Below, one piece after another: positions 12,757 through 26,019 of a DNA stretch of 64,000 nucleotides. The DNA is from Octopus sinensis. Its lineage: Eukaryota. Under the pieces are notes generated by a model. The model had not been told where the DNA came from. It ran no database searches and was given only the letters and a program-made list of their open reading frames with translations. The stretch's first letter is position 1; every line of letters starts with the position of its first letter. The stretch is taken from positions 8,726 to 72,725 of the forward strand of contig NW_021832277.1 in NCBI RefSeq assembly GCF_006345805.1, written 5' to 3'. A program made the translations under genes and the position numbers.

Positions 12757-12990
12757 TTCAGGGACCTTTTGAGCAGGATGTGTTACTCGACCAGAAGAAA
12801 ATTCTATCTGGGCCCCACCTGCAAGGTCATGTGTTGTTTATCTTGATATGGGATCACCATGTCACGCACATATGGTTGTGATGCATGTGCCTGGTGTACC
12901 CTTATCAGACGGGTAGTCATGATGGGTATACTGGGCTTCGTATATTTTACCCCAGTGTCACTTTGATGGCATGCACTGCTCTCTCACTCA
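12757..12990 (+). mobile_element. Probable non-LTR retroelement 3' UTR flanked by (AAT)n on both sides
   Basis: Higher-GC unique segment ending ctctctcactc-(AAT)n, embedded in TAA repeats; no coding remnant seen. Confidence 0.4.
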
Positions 12991-13038
12991 ATAATAATAA
13001 TAATAATAATAATAACAATAGTAATAATAATAATAATA

Positions 13039-13094
<56 letters not shown>

Positions 13095-13849
13095 TGATAA
13101 TAATAATGAAGATGAAGGGCAGGTAGAATAATAGAGTTTTAAATATACCCAAACAGATTCTCAACCACAATATATCTAGGACTACGTTGTCCAATGTCAT
13201 ATTCCATCCCTGAATAAAGTTATTTGTTGTTGTGTGTGTGTATGTGTGTGTGTGTGTGTGTGCGTGCGAGAGAGAGAGAGAAATAAAGAAAGAAAGAAAT
13301 GGAGAGAGAGATGACTGTTATTTCTAGCAGCCTGAACAACCACCGACTTCGTTGGATGAAAAATAACGTCAACAGCAACAAATGTCATGGTAGCCACTAA
13401 ATATATTTTATAGAGGGCGCTACTTGGTGGTAGATATAAAAGAACTTTATTTTTTTTTTGCAGTACTTAATGGCGTCTCTATTTATCTCGATTCTCAAAT
13501 CCCTAGAGATTCACTCTGGCTCTGATCTTTCATAATCTAGGATCGATAAGATATTACCACCAATAATAGCGCGAGAGACGGGTCAATTGAATAGATGTTT
13601 CTGTTTAAATAAATTTGGCATTGCATCAACCACCACCATCATCATCATCATCATCATCATTATCATCATCGCCGTCGTCGTCGTCCGTCGGCTTAATGAA
13701 GGAAAGAACTTGGCGTGTAAATCTGCATAACGACAACCGCAACCCAAACCAATCAACATATTGTTTACAAAAACAAAACATATTAAAATCAACATCTAAA
13801 ATACAGATAGCACAATAAACTTAATGAAGACACACACACACAGAAACAC

Positions 13850-13925
<76 letters not shown>

Positions 13926-14581
13926 GTGTGTGTGTGTGTGTGTGTGTGTGTCTGTGTCTGTGTGTATGTATATATATATATATATATATATACCGGAGTA
14001 AACACATAAATGTGAAACAAGGTGGAAAAAAGAGTACTCAAATACCAGTGGTAGAGTAATATGCTTTATTTAATAATAAATTATTTAATTAAATAAAGTA
14101 TATATATATACATATATATATATGTAGCCAATAAGAAAATCTTCTGCGTCATACAGAGAAGCGAAGCACGCATAGAGAGAAATAAGATTATGAAATTTAC
14201 CAGATATATTAGCAAGAAACACCACGACTACGATAAACACTTCGGACAACAGTGAATATGTCAAAAGCAAACAAGCTGTATAAACAGGAAAATCAACAGT
14301 GAAAGCGCTAATAATAGAGTTAGTATCGAGAGGAATTGAATGGGGAGTTTCACTTGAAACTAATAAAAATAAGAATAACAGTAATTTTCGATGTAACTTA
14401 AGAAGCAAACAAAACAACAACCCAAGCAAAATGAAGAAACAAAACAACTGCAATTCAATAAAAGGTTTATGGAAGCGCAGCAGTTCCACAATATCGCAAT
14501 ATCAACAAATAGGACCAGAAAGCAATCATAAATATAAATATGTATTTTTGTAAATATAATATAATAGAATATTATATTATA

Positions 14582-14775
14582 TCCGGGTTGCGGATCCGCG
14601 GAACAAGCTGCCAGACGAGATGGTGAAGATGCCGACGACCGCTTTGTTCAAAGCCTCCCTTGACCTCAAGTGGCCCGAACTCTTTACATGAACACCACCC
14701 TGTACTTAACTCCATGTCCCCCTACATGGTCTTGCTATTTGCTCTTGAGCCAAATTAACTAACTAACTAACTAAC
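14582..14775 (+). mobile_element. CR1-like LINE 3' end, second copy
   Basis: Homologous to 3345-3535 (..DPRNKLPDEMVKMPTTALFKASLDLKWPELFT*), tail taactaactaactaac. Confidence 0.88.
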
Positions 14776-15574
14776 AAAATATATAATTGGTGTTGTTTGT
14801 GTTGCTGATGTTGTTGGCCAGGGTTGGATTAGCAACTCGGTCTTCTCTCACAGGAAAACCAACACCGTTTTATCCAATGGGCTCCGGCTTTTTACCATGT
14901 TGCCACACCTCTTTCAACCTCGTGTTACCTGTCCACCAATAATCTTAGACGGCAGCGTAGTCAAAAACAAACTTCCATAAATTGACTTAAATTCAGGTTT
15001 CACCTAAATTAATTTATCCAAAATGTTAGCCCTCCACCACCAAGTTCAATGCTAGTGTAACCATTAAATAGGCAAACCATGCCAAGGTCAACACATGTTA
15101 CACAAACTCAAACACGCGCTTACACATTCGTTCACCCATCCACTCGCCACCTGTCGAAATTTTCCTTCTTTTCCATTCTATACGAACTCTGTCTTATAAA
15201 CTATAATCTTAAACCTTATCGCCATAAGCCAACAATTAACATCAGAATTGCAAGCGACATATTTTCAAATTTAGTTTCTATATTCCGCTAAAGTCCATTT
15301 TGCGGAATTATTAATTCCAACGCCGATCGCCGCAGAAACCAATTCACCAAAACAAAAATTTAACCACTTGTTCGTTTGTTTCTTCATAGCATAATGACAT
15401 TATATATTTGAACTTTACGTAGAACTTTAGCGACAAATAACAAAAAAAGAATGAAGTTCATATTTGGCATCAGCTAACTTCCTACCGGTTTAATCTATAT
15501 TAATCTATATATACACTAACATACACATTTGTACAGTGACATGCCCATAAATGTATACATACACACAAGCGAAT

Positions 15575-15937
15575 GGAAGCACTCCGTCGGTTACGGCGAC
15601 GAGGGTTCCGGTTGATCCGATCAACGGAACAGCCTGCTCGTGAAATTAACGTGTAAGTGGCTGAGCACTCCACAGACACGTGTACCCTTAACGTAGTTCT
15701 CGGGGATATTCAGCGTGACACAGAGAGTGACAAGGCCGGCCCTTTGAAACAGGAAGTAAGAGTGAGAGAAAGTTGTGGTGAAAGAGTACAGCAGGGATCA
15801 CCACCATCCCTGATGGAGCCTCGTGGAGCTTTAGGTGTTTTCGCTCAATAAACACTCACAACGCCCGGTCTGGGAATCGAAACCGCGATCCAAAGACCGC
15901 GAGTCCGCTGCCCTAACCACTGGGCCATTGCGTCTCC
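15575..15937 (-). mobile_element. tRNA-derived SINE family D, full length with TSD
   Basis: Minus head ggagacgcaatggcccagtggttagggcagcggactcgcggtc..ggtttcgattcc; TSD aca(c/t)acaagcgaat at 15561-15574 and 15938-15951. Confidence 0.9.
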
Positions 15938-16283
15938 ACATACAAGCGAATAACGTACTAAAAATACAAAACAAATCTGCAAAATCCAAAATCCTTGCAA
16001 ACGAAGAAATCAAACCAGAAATTATCTACCACCCACAATCCCTGATTTGAAAACGTACGGAATCCATGATAATCGTTGAGCACAATAAAATCCCTCAATT
16101 TTCCCGATGCCTCAACAGGGATTGAACCTGGTGTCTCTCTGTTGCCTGTTGAGTCTGTTAAGTGTGTGTATTTCCGGAGAAAATTATTAATTGTTCTTGT
16201 AAGTGTCCCTTGTACTGTTATCTCTTTATCTCACTGCCGGTACTTCCAATTAGACCTTACGCACTGCTACAAACACACACACA

Positions 16284-16325
<42 letters not shown>

Positions 16326-16589
16326 CAAAATGCATGTGTATATAAGTTTGTGCGTGCGTGTGTTTGTGTGTATATATATATATATATATAATGGACGTAT
16401 ACATGTGCGCATATATATATATATGTATGTGTGTATGTGTATGTGCGTGAGTGTGTGTGATTTTCGTAATATCATAGATAATCACCACTGATACAATGAG
16501 GAAGAGGATGAGAGGAGGTGGAGAGGAAGAGAGGAGGGGTAAGAAGTGAAGGAGGAGGAAAAGAGGAAGAAGAATGAGGAAGAATGGGT

Positions 16590-17610
16590 CATGGTGATGA
16601 GAGGTAGCGGTGATGGTAGTGGTGGTGATTTTGGTGATTATGGTGGTGGTGGGGATTACGGTTCTGTTGTGATGGCGGTGGTGGTGATGGTGATGGTGGT
16701 GGTGATGGTGGTGGTGGTGGTGATTGTGGTGGTTGTGGTGATGATGGTGGTGGTGGTGTTCTGTTGTGATGGCGGTGGTGGTGATGGTGATGGTGGTGGT
16801 GATGGTGGTGGTGGTGGTGATGGTGGTGGTGGTGGTGATGGTGATGGTGGTGGTGGATGGTGGTGGTGGTGGTGATGGTGGTGGTGGTGGTGATGGTGAT
16901 GGTGGTGGTGATGGTGGTGGTGGTGGTGCTGGTGATTGTGGTGGTTGTGGTGATGATGGTGGTGATGGTGTTCTGTTGTGATGGCGGTGGTGGTGATGGT
17001 GATGGTGGTGGTGATGGTGATGGTGGTGGTGGTGGTTGTTGTGGTGGTGTGGTGGTGGTGGTGGTTTGTGGTGGTGGTGGTGGTGGATGATGGTGGTGTG
17101 GTGATTGGTGGTGGGTTTGTGGTGATGATGGTGGTGGTGGTGATGGTGATGGTGGTGGTGATGGTGGTGGTGGTGGTGATGGTGGTGGTGGTGGTGATTG
17201 TGGTGGTTGTGGTGATGATGGTGGTGGTGGTGTTCTGTTGTGATGGCGGTGGTGGTGATGGTGATGGTGGTGGTGATGGTGGTGGTGGTGGTGATTGTGG
17301 TGGTTGTGGTGATGATGGTGGTGGTGGTGTTCTGTTGTGATGGCGTGGTGGTGATGGTGATGGTGGTGGTGATGGTGTGGTGGTGTGGTGATTGTGGTGG
17401 TTGTGGTGATGATGGTGTGGTGGTGGTTTCTGTTGTGATGGCGGTGGTGGTGATGGTGATGGTGGTGTGATGGTGGTGGTGGTGGGGATTATTGTGGGTG
17501 GTGGTGATTATGGTGTTGATTATGGTGGTGGTGGTGGTGGTGGTGTGTTCTGTTGTGATGGTGGTGGTGGTGGTGATTATGGTGGTAGTGGTGGTGATGT
17601 TCTGTTGTGA
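16590..17610. repeat. (GGT/GAT)-based minisatellite with a ~95-100 bp higher-order unit
   Basis: Marker ttctgttgtgatgg recurs at about 16662, 16759, 16970, 17231, 17330, 17428 and 17548. Confidence 0.88.
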
Positions 17611-17974
17611 TTGTGAAAATGGTGTAAATGACCATATTAATGATATTAACGATCATAACGACAACGAAAATGATGATGATGATGGTGGTGGTGATGATGG
17701 TGGCGGCGGCGGCGGCGGCGATGGCGGTGGTGGTGGTGGTGGTGGTGGTGGTGTTGATGATGGTGATCGTATTGCTCTCCTCGCTGAAAGCAACACCGAG
17801 CGAGCGTAAGAGTGCACACGTGACAATGGCGATAATACAATGAAAGAGATTTGGGTGAGCAATCGCCAATAAGAAGACACATGGAATCTAAATGCGTCTG
17901 AACCATTTTAAAACACAGATATAATTCAATTACTTTAAAATGGAGCCTTGCATTTGAATCATTTCTTTATCGTC

Positions 17975-18012
<38 letters not shown>

Positions 18013-18119
18013 CGTCGTCGTCGTCATCATCATTATCATCACTATCTCACCGGCGGCGTCGTTGTTGTTGTTGTTGCGATTGATTTTCATTTTATATCAT
18101 CTTCCGACCGGATTATTAT

Positions 18120-18128
18120 TATTATTAT

Positions 18129-18193
<65 letters not shown>

Positions 18194-18254
18194 TTGTTGT
18201 TGTTGTTATTGTCAAAAAGAAAAGAAATCGTTACATTTATTGTTGTTAATAGTA

Positions 18255-18319
<65 letters not shown>

Positions 18320-18341
18320 CATTATTATTATTATCATTATT

Positions 18342-18380
<39 letters not shown>

Positions 18381-18432
18381 GTTATTGTTGCTGTTGGGAT
18401 TGATTTTCATTTTATATCATCTTCCGACCGGA

Positions 18433-18467
<35 letters not shown>

Positions 18468-18476
18468 CATCATCAC

Positions 18477-18519
<43 letters not shown>

Positions 18520-19213
18520 TTAAGAATATCTCGCTTAAAAGATTTCTTGTTTGTTCTCTAAATATATATATTCCGCCAGAGCTACACAAGGCTATTTACA
18601 ACATATTCTATATGCAATCTCAGTACCACTCTCCCTCTCTCCCTCTTCCCCCTCTCTCTCTCTCTCTCTCTACAATCTCTTCTTTTCGCCTCGAACCCTC
18701 TCCATCTCTCGGACCCCTCCCCCCGCCTTCCTCTCCCCCCCTTCACACACACTCATCTCTGTGTTTTCTAAAAACAATATTTCCCAGTCTCTCAGTAATA
18801 TTTTTACATCCAATATTCTATATTCACCGCTATTCATTTTATTCTGTTTATTGTATGTTCTTCCATTCGTCTCCTTCTTTCTCTCTCTCTCTCTCTCTTT
18901 TTTTTCTTTTAGTCTCAACTTGTTTTTATTCACCCAAATTTTAGTCTTCTCCCCCACCCCCTTTACCCCCTCCCCCCCCTCCCCCCTCTCCCCTCTCTCT
19001 CCCTCCCTCCCTCCCTCTTCTTTTGTCCTAAATATTTTATTCGACATTAATTTAATTATTTATTTATTTAGGCTCTATACTAATGGCGGTACAACCGCCG
19101 ATGCAGTTTTTTTTTGTATGTTTATATTTTTGTTAGTTTTGTTGTTTTATTTTTCCTGTTTATGTCTTTCTAATTATACTCATCATTATTATTGATGGCA
19201 TTATTATTATTAA

Positions 19214-19246
<33 letters not shown>

Positions 19247-19259
19247 CATTACTATTATA

Positions 19260-19290
<31 letters not shown>

Positions 19291-19368
19291 TATTATTATT
19301 ATTATTATATTATTATTATTATTATTATCATTATTATTATCATTATTATTATATTATTATTATTATTA

Positions 19369-19408
<40 letters not shown>

Positions 19409-19437
19409 TATTATTATTACTATTATTATTATTATCA

Positions 19438-19477
<40 letters not shown>

Positions 19478-19525
19478 CATTACTATTATATTATTATTAT
19501 TATTATTATTATTATCATTATTGTT
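18120..19525. repeat. Microsatellite cluster (ATT, AGT, CAT, CT)
   Basis: Direct inspection. Confidence 0.9.
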
Positions 19526-20008
19526 AGATGCATTATCGCTAATGTGATTATTAATGTTGTTAGTGTTACTTTTGTTATTGTTTTCGTATTGTTCCGAGTG
19601 TTGTAATAAGTATTCTCATATTATCATCATCATTATCATTATCACCATCATTATCATTATTGCTATAATTGTCATTATTATTATTATCATTATTTTATTT
19701 GTATTAGCACTAATACGATTATTAACATTGTCGAGGCGGCTATTATTGTTTTCTTTTTTGCATTTCGTTTTTGTTTTTGTTTTGCCTTCTGTCGTTTCTA
19801 TTAGAGGCTCTTTGTTTCAACCTTGGTTTTATCACTCATTAGTCCCTGTGAACTTCCGACACAATTCTCATAAATTCTACAGCATTTGACTGCTGCAAAA
19901 CCGATATATTCTTCCTCAACCAATTCTCCACCATTATCGCCTACACCATATATATACTAACACCGCCACCATCATGGATAGATGGATGGATGGATGGATG
20001 GATGGATG

Positions 20009-20084
<76 letters not shown>

Positions 20085-20415
20085 CATGCATAGACCGATG
20101 GGTAGAGAAAGAAAAAGAGGGACCCGTGAGGGCACAGAGGAAAGAAAGCAATCAACACATTTTGTAGGCGTTGCATTCATTAGTTGATATCAGTTTGATG
20201 CCGTCTATTTTTAGCATATAAGGGATCCATAAACTAATCTGTCATATTGTTTATACTTAAACAAATTTAATATTAATTCCAAAACACCAGGAGGGCCACC
20301 GGATATGCTTGCTATAATATGCTATTAGTTGAAGAACTCCTTCATACATACATGCATGTATACATGCATAGATACATACATAACCAACACACCACACACA
20401 ACACACACACACATA

Positions 20416-20502
<87 letters not shown>

Positions 20503-20596
20503 GTAGAAATATGTTACGAAAAGAAAATATAAAATACACGTGGAAATGTAAGGGTAAAATATTAAAAATCAACGAAAATGCATATTGCAAATAGAA

Positions 20597-20654
<58 letters not shown>

Positions 20655-21045
20655 GTGTGTGTGTGTGTATTTTATTATAGTTCATTATATATTCAGTAAA
20701 TAGTGAGTAAATTTGGGGCTAAAGGCCAAAGGTTGGCTGTGTGACTCGATCCACGTTTGTTTACAGAACATATGCATTCGTGTCCAAGGGGCAATTTATA
20801 ACGTTTTCTATCTAACAGGTTTTTTTTTATCTCAATTTTTATTACTCTTTATAGCCTCAGCTACATCGAATTCAAACGTTAAGACCGAAATATCTTACAT
20901 CTTTTTAAACATCTAAATTGATATATATGTGTGTGTGTGTGCATATATGTATATATGTATATATGTATGTATCTGTGTATGTATGCATATATATAATCAT
21001 ATATAGATATTTAGATGACATTTAAAGAGGTAATTATGCTGTAAT

Positions 21046-21089
21046 AGCTTACAGCTGTTTCTGCTACGTGATGAAGTGCTCTCAGAGCT
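21046..21089 (-). ncRNA. Degenerate hammerhead-like motif
   Basis: Minus: AGCT CTGA-GA gc..gca GAAAC AGCT GTA AGCT; stem I and palindromic stem III intact, core lacks N7, stem II weak. Confidence 0.35.
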
Positions 21090-21580
21090 GCGTACTTCTG
21101 CATCACATTAAAGATTCCCTGAAGCTTCTAAAAGAAGTGCAAATATATTTTGAAAAGAATTTACATACATCATCGAAAATATAAAACCATATAAGAAACG
21201 GAGTATGGAGTGTGAAGTATGAAACCACTCCAGAAATATGTAGGTTGAGATCATTTTGTGTATATGTATATTTATGTATACACATATGCGCTTCGGGAAT
21301 CCCTCTATACATAACTATATGTATGCGTTTATAAAAAAAAACACACAAAAATGTGTGTTAATACACATTGTGCAAAAGACTGACATATATACATACATAA
21401 TACATACATACATACATACATACATACATACATACATGCATAAATACATACATACATACATACATACATACATACATACATACATACATACATGACATAC
21501 ATACATACATACATACATACATACATACATACATACATACATACATACATACATACATACAGGCATGCATATATACATAT

Positions 21581-21860
21581 GTAGCCAATTGGTTCGGCTT
21601 GTCGCACTCAAACTCGTGAGATTGTGGTTTCGAATACCAGACTGGCTGCGAAGTGAGTTCTTGAGCAAGATACTTCATTTCACTTAGCTTCACTCCACTC
21701 AGCTACAAAAGCGTAACCCCACGACGGGCTTCTGATCAGGGTGGATGTTGGCTACCCTCGCCTACCCAATGAGATGGCGTCTATTCGAAAGCTAAACCGA
21801 TGCAAAGTGCATTGTGGGCATCGATGTATAACAGCATCCGATAGTCTGATTGGTCACATA
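21581..21860 (+). mobile_element. SINE family C (central gttcttgagcaag.acttcatttcac..ctccactcagct)
   Basis: tRNA-like head and central block shared with 35540-35855. Confidence 0.7.
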
Positions 21861-21904
21861 AGTACGTGATACATACATACATACATACATACATACATGC
21901 ATAC

Positions 21905-22076
21905 ATTTCCCTCTGTCCTCCCACCTCGGGATCTTTCTTCCTCTTATGTTTCCGACGAAGAGCTCCGCTCGAAACGTCATACCCTCCTTCTTTCCTTTTT
22001 TCCTGAGCGCCTAATAAAACTTTAATTGTTCAACTGCTGGTTGTTGTCTTTTTTGTTTCTTGTTGGATTAACTTTA

Positions 22077-22078
<2 letters not shown>
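21905..22078 (+). mobile_element. Penelope-like pLTR fragment carrying a minimal hammerhead motif (21948-21982)
   Basis: gttt CCGACGA A GAGC tcc GCTC GAAAC GTC atac; shares downstream ttcctgagcg..aata with the copies at 24401 and 37715; ends in (TA)n. Confidence 0.6.
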
Positions 22079-22120
<42 letters not shown>

Positions 22121-22566
22121 TATATATACTTATACAACCACAAACACACACACACACATATTATAATAGCAAAATATATTTATGATAACTGTAGCAACAA
22201 TGATTTGGTGTTGAAGCCATTCCTAGACTAAATGATGGAATCGCTCAAATTAAGCCCAGTTCTCGTCAATTGCGAAGTAATAAATGCCGGGCAATGCCTG
22301 ATATAGTTTTACTTGAAATTAAAATGTAAAAATTTCGATCAGCCTTTGTATACAACCTTCAAAGTAAAAGTGTTTTCATAGCTACTGATGGGACCAAAAT
22401 AATTGATATTAATGGCTTGTTAAAACTGATGTTAATTGCCTTAAATATATTTCATTTATCAATTAGCGGAACGCTCTAATCAAGTTAAACGTTGACAAGT
22501 TAATAAAGAAAACTTTATTTCAATAAATACATAAACACACAAGTACAGACATATATACTCATACTA

Positions 22567-23690
22567 ATGTATGTATGTATGTATGTGTGTGTGTATGTAT
22601 GTGTGCGTGTATGTATGTATGTATGTATGTGTGTGTATGTATGTGTCTGTGTATGTATGTATGTATGTATGTATGTATGTGTGTATGTATGTGTGTATGT
22701 ATGTATGTATGTATGTATGTATGTACGTACGTATGTATGTATGTATGTATGTATGTATATGTGTATTATGTATGTGTGTATGTATGTATGTATGTATGTA
22801 TGTATGTGCGTATGTATGTATGTATGTATGTTTGTATGTATGTATGTTTCTTTGTATGTATGTATGTGTGTATGTATGTATGCATGTATGTATGTATGTA
22901 TGTATGTGTGTATGTGTGTATGTATGTGTGTATGTGTGTATGTATGTATGTATGTATGTGTGTATGTGTGTTTGTATGTGTGTATGTATGTATGTATGTG
23001 TGTGTGTATGCATGTATGAATGAATGTATGTATGTATGTATGAATGTATGTATGTATGTATGTATGTATGTATATGTGTATTATGTATGTGTGTGTGTAT
23101 GTATGTATGTATGTATGTATGTATGTATGTATGTGTGTATGTATGTTTGTATGTATGTATGTCTGTATGTGTGTATGTATGTATGTATGTATATGTGTAT
23201 GTGTGTATGTATGTATGTATGTGTGTATGTGTGTATGTATGTGTGTATGTATGTATGTATGTATGTTTGTATGTATGTATGTATGTTTCTTTGTATGTAT
23301 GTATGTGTGTATGTATGTATGCATGTATGTATGTATGTATGTATGTATGTATGTATGTATGAATGTGTGTATGTATGTATGTATGTATGTATGTATGAAT
23401 GTGTGTATGTATGTATGTATGTATGTATGTATGTATGTATGTATGTATGAATGTATGTATGTATGTATGTATGAATGTATGTATGTATGTGTGTATGTAT
23501 ATATGTATGTATGTATGTGTGTATGTATGTTTGTATGTATGAATGTATGTATGTATGTATGTGTGTATGTATGTATGTATGTATGTATGTATGTGTGTAT
23601 GTATGTATGTATGTTTGTATGTATGTATGTGTGTATTTGTATATGCATGTATGAATCTATGTATTTATGGAGGTATCTATGCATGTATAT
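22567..23690. repeat. ~1.1 kb (TATG)n/(TG)n microsatellite
   Basis: Direct inspection; source of the 399-aa HTYI and MYVC ORFs. Confidence 0.96.
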
Positions 23691-23909
23691 GTATATGTGC
23701 GAAGAAACGGACATTTATTTCCCTCACTCTCTTTCTCTCTCTCTCTCATCCCAAACTTTTTACTAAAATGTTTTCTACAGCCCATTAAACAATGTTCAAA
23801 CTTGTTTCTACTGCAGCAATTGCACATTGCTCTGTATGCAATTATGCATCCTACTCCCTGCAATTTCATCAACGGTCCATCACTTACAAGTGAAGTAATT
23901 CAAACAACT

Positions 23910-24021
23910 TGGAGGCGCAATGGCCCAGCGGTTAGGGCAGCGGACTCGCGGTCATAGGATCGCGGTTTCGATTCCCAGACCGCGAGTCCGCTGCCCTACC
24001 CACTGGGCCATTGCGGCTCCA
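23910..24021. repeat. Palindrome made from a SINE-D tRNA head folded back on itself
   Basis: 44-bp arms 23910-23953 and 23978-24021 (3 mismatches) around a 24-nt spacer. Confidence 0.9.
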
Positions 24022-24400
24022 CATATGTTTCGGTGGATGAATACACACTACGTCCAACAGCAAAAAATATGGTTAGCTAGGCATCATTCTTACCAGGAAA
24101 GATATAAATAGTCATTTTTTTCAGATATACGCGTGTGTGCGTGTGTGTTTGCGTGCATATGCATATAAATATATCACATTTTCTAGGGCATCCTATATCT
24201 GTAAAAATGTCTATTTGATGAGTGTTGTTGTTTACGTCTTCCCTAATGAAACTTATGCATAGCTGACCGTAATTCTTCCTGTCTGACGTATTCATCGAAA
24301 CATATGTAGAAGATATGGAGATATAAATGTTTTATAAGCCTCCTGTTTGTCTCTTTTTTCAATGTCCTATTTATATATATATATCTATATATATATATAT

Positions 24401-24572
24401 TTTCTCTCCTTGTTTCTTTTCTGTGTTTCTTTTCTGTGTATCTTTTGTTGAAGAGCATACCGAAACGTAAAAGACTTGTTTTTTTATATTCCTGAGCGCC
24501 ATACTAATACAACTGTTTGTTTGTATTCCACCTGCCTTCGTCTTTTGTCTATTTTCATAAAGCTTCCCGTTA
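24401..24572 (+). mobile_element. Short Penelope-like pLTR family, copy 1, with damaged hammerhead-like motif (24441-24474)
   Basis: tctttt GTTGAA GAGC atac c GAAAC GTA AAAGA; homologous to 37715-37875 and 60205-60385. Confidence 0.55.
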
Positions 24573-24760
24573 TATATACATGTGTATATTTAGGGCAAAA
24601 ACCACTATGTGGAGAGCCATTTGCTAGAAGAAGATCACATTCGATCTAACTACAAAGGAAAATGTTCTCCACAGAAAATTCAGCGAACACCAGAATTTAG
24701 GCGAGGAAGACAGATGAAAATTATATAAAAATCAAGAATTAATTCGTATACCGGTTTCTT

Positions 24761-24988
24761 TATTATCCACAAGGGGCTAAACACAGAGGGGACAAACAAG
24801 GACAGACATAGGTATTAAGTCGATTCCATCGACCCCAGTGCGTAACTGGTACTTAATTTATCGACCCCGAAAGGATGAAAGGCAAAGTCGACCTCGGCGG
24901 AATTTGAACTCACAGCGTAACGACAGACGAAATACTGCTACGCATTTCGCTCGGCGTGCTAACGATTCTGCCAGCTCACCGCCTTCGT
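24761..24988 (-). mobile_element. SINE family B, full length with 23-bp TSD
   Basis: attaattcgtataccggtttctt at 24738-24760 and 24989-25011; reverse complement of 40659-40897. Confidence 0.93.
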
Positions 24989-25056
24989 ATTAATTCGTAT
25001 ACCGGTTTCTTCTATTAAGGAATAAATATTCAATTTATCTCCCTCATTATTTAAAT

Positions 25057-25126
<70 letters not shown>

Positions 25127-25590
25127 GTTTGTGTGTGTGTGTGTGTTAAATAGAGTGGGTTTGTTAAATAAATAAACGGGCGTTAAGATCTAGAAAACGT
25201 TAAGCCAGAGAAAAAAAGTCAAACTTAATAAACAAAGAGGAATTGAAAAAAAAGCCGGAAGAAGAGGAAATTAAAGTTGAAAAGGTTTACTGCTATAAAG
25301 CTGGCAGACTGACAATGTTGTATTCGATTACTTTTCTTAAGTGTTCGATTTGTGCAATCGATAATGTTGATTAGAGCAATGACATTATCATCTTACGTTC
25401 TTTGGAAATTTTAGTATATATCTTAGGGTTAATGTATGTATAAATGAAGCAAAAAGATAATTACCAACTAAGATTGGCGTGTATATAAATGTGTTTAATT
25501 AAAATTTAATGAAATTGGTACCTGTCGTGATTGAATAGATCACAACTGACAAGATTATGAACGGATAAATATTTCATCAGACAACTCTCC

Positions 25591-25626
<36 letters not shown>

Positions 25627-25805
25627 CTCGCTCTCACTCCCTCTCACGCATACATATGCAAACACACACACACACATATGTATCTTTAGGTGTGTATATA
25701 CACACATGCACACACAAATACACACAATCATACATATATAAATACATATACACATATATATATTACATCTTTAATCTCCATTCTATCAACACTTCAATAT
25801 ACATG

Positions 25806-25866
<61 letters not shown>

Positions 25867-25946
25867 TATATACGTATATATAGAGAGAGATTTATGAGTA
25901 TACCTATGTGTGTGTATGTATGTGCATATATACATGTTTGTCTGCG

Positions 25947-25978
<32 letters not shown>

Positions 25979-26019
25979 GATATATATATATATATACATA
26001 TATAATATATGTATATATA

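Noticed and set aside
14085-14489. Hydrophobic 134-aa minus ORF superficially like a GPCR or membrane protein
   Set aside because: GTG start bounded by an upstream stop, ends in (TA)n, no recognisable receptor motif; the T-rich strand explains the hydrophobicity. BLASTP/HMM would settle it.
15860-15937. tRNA-like sequence (also 23910-23980 and the SINE A/B/C heads)
   Set aside because: No complete acceptor stem; continues into SINE bodies, so these are SINE heads and not tRNA genes.
16546-17880. Gly/Asp/Val-rich ORFs resembling structural proteins
   Set aside because: All frames read as homopolymeric runs from GGT/GAT repeats, frames switch, and no signal peptide or splice context is evident.
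22515-23766. 399-aa HTYI and ~150-290-aa MYVC ORFs
   Set aside because: They are translations of a (TATG)n microsatellite; open in many frames, with no domain content.
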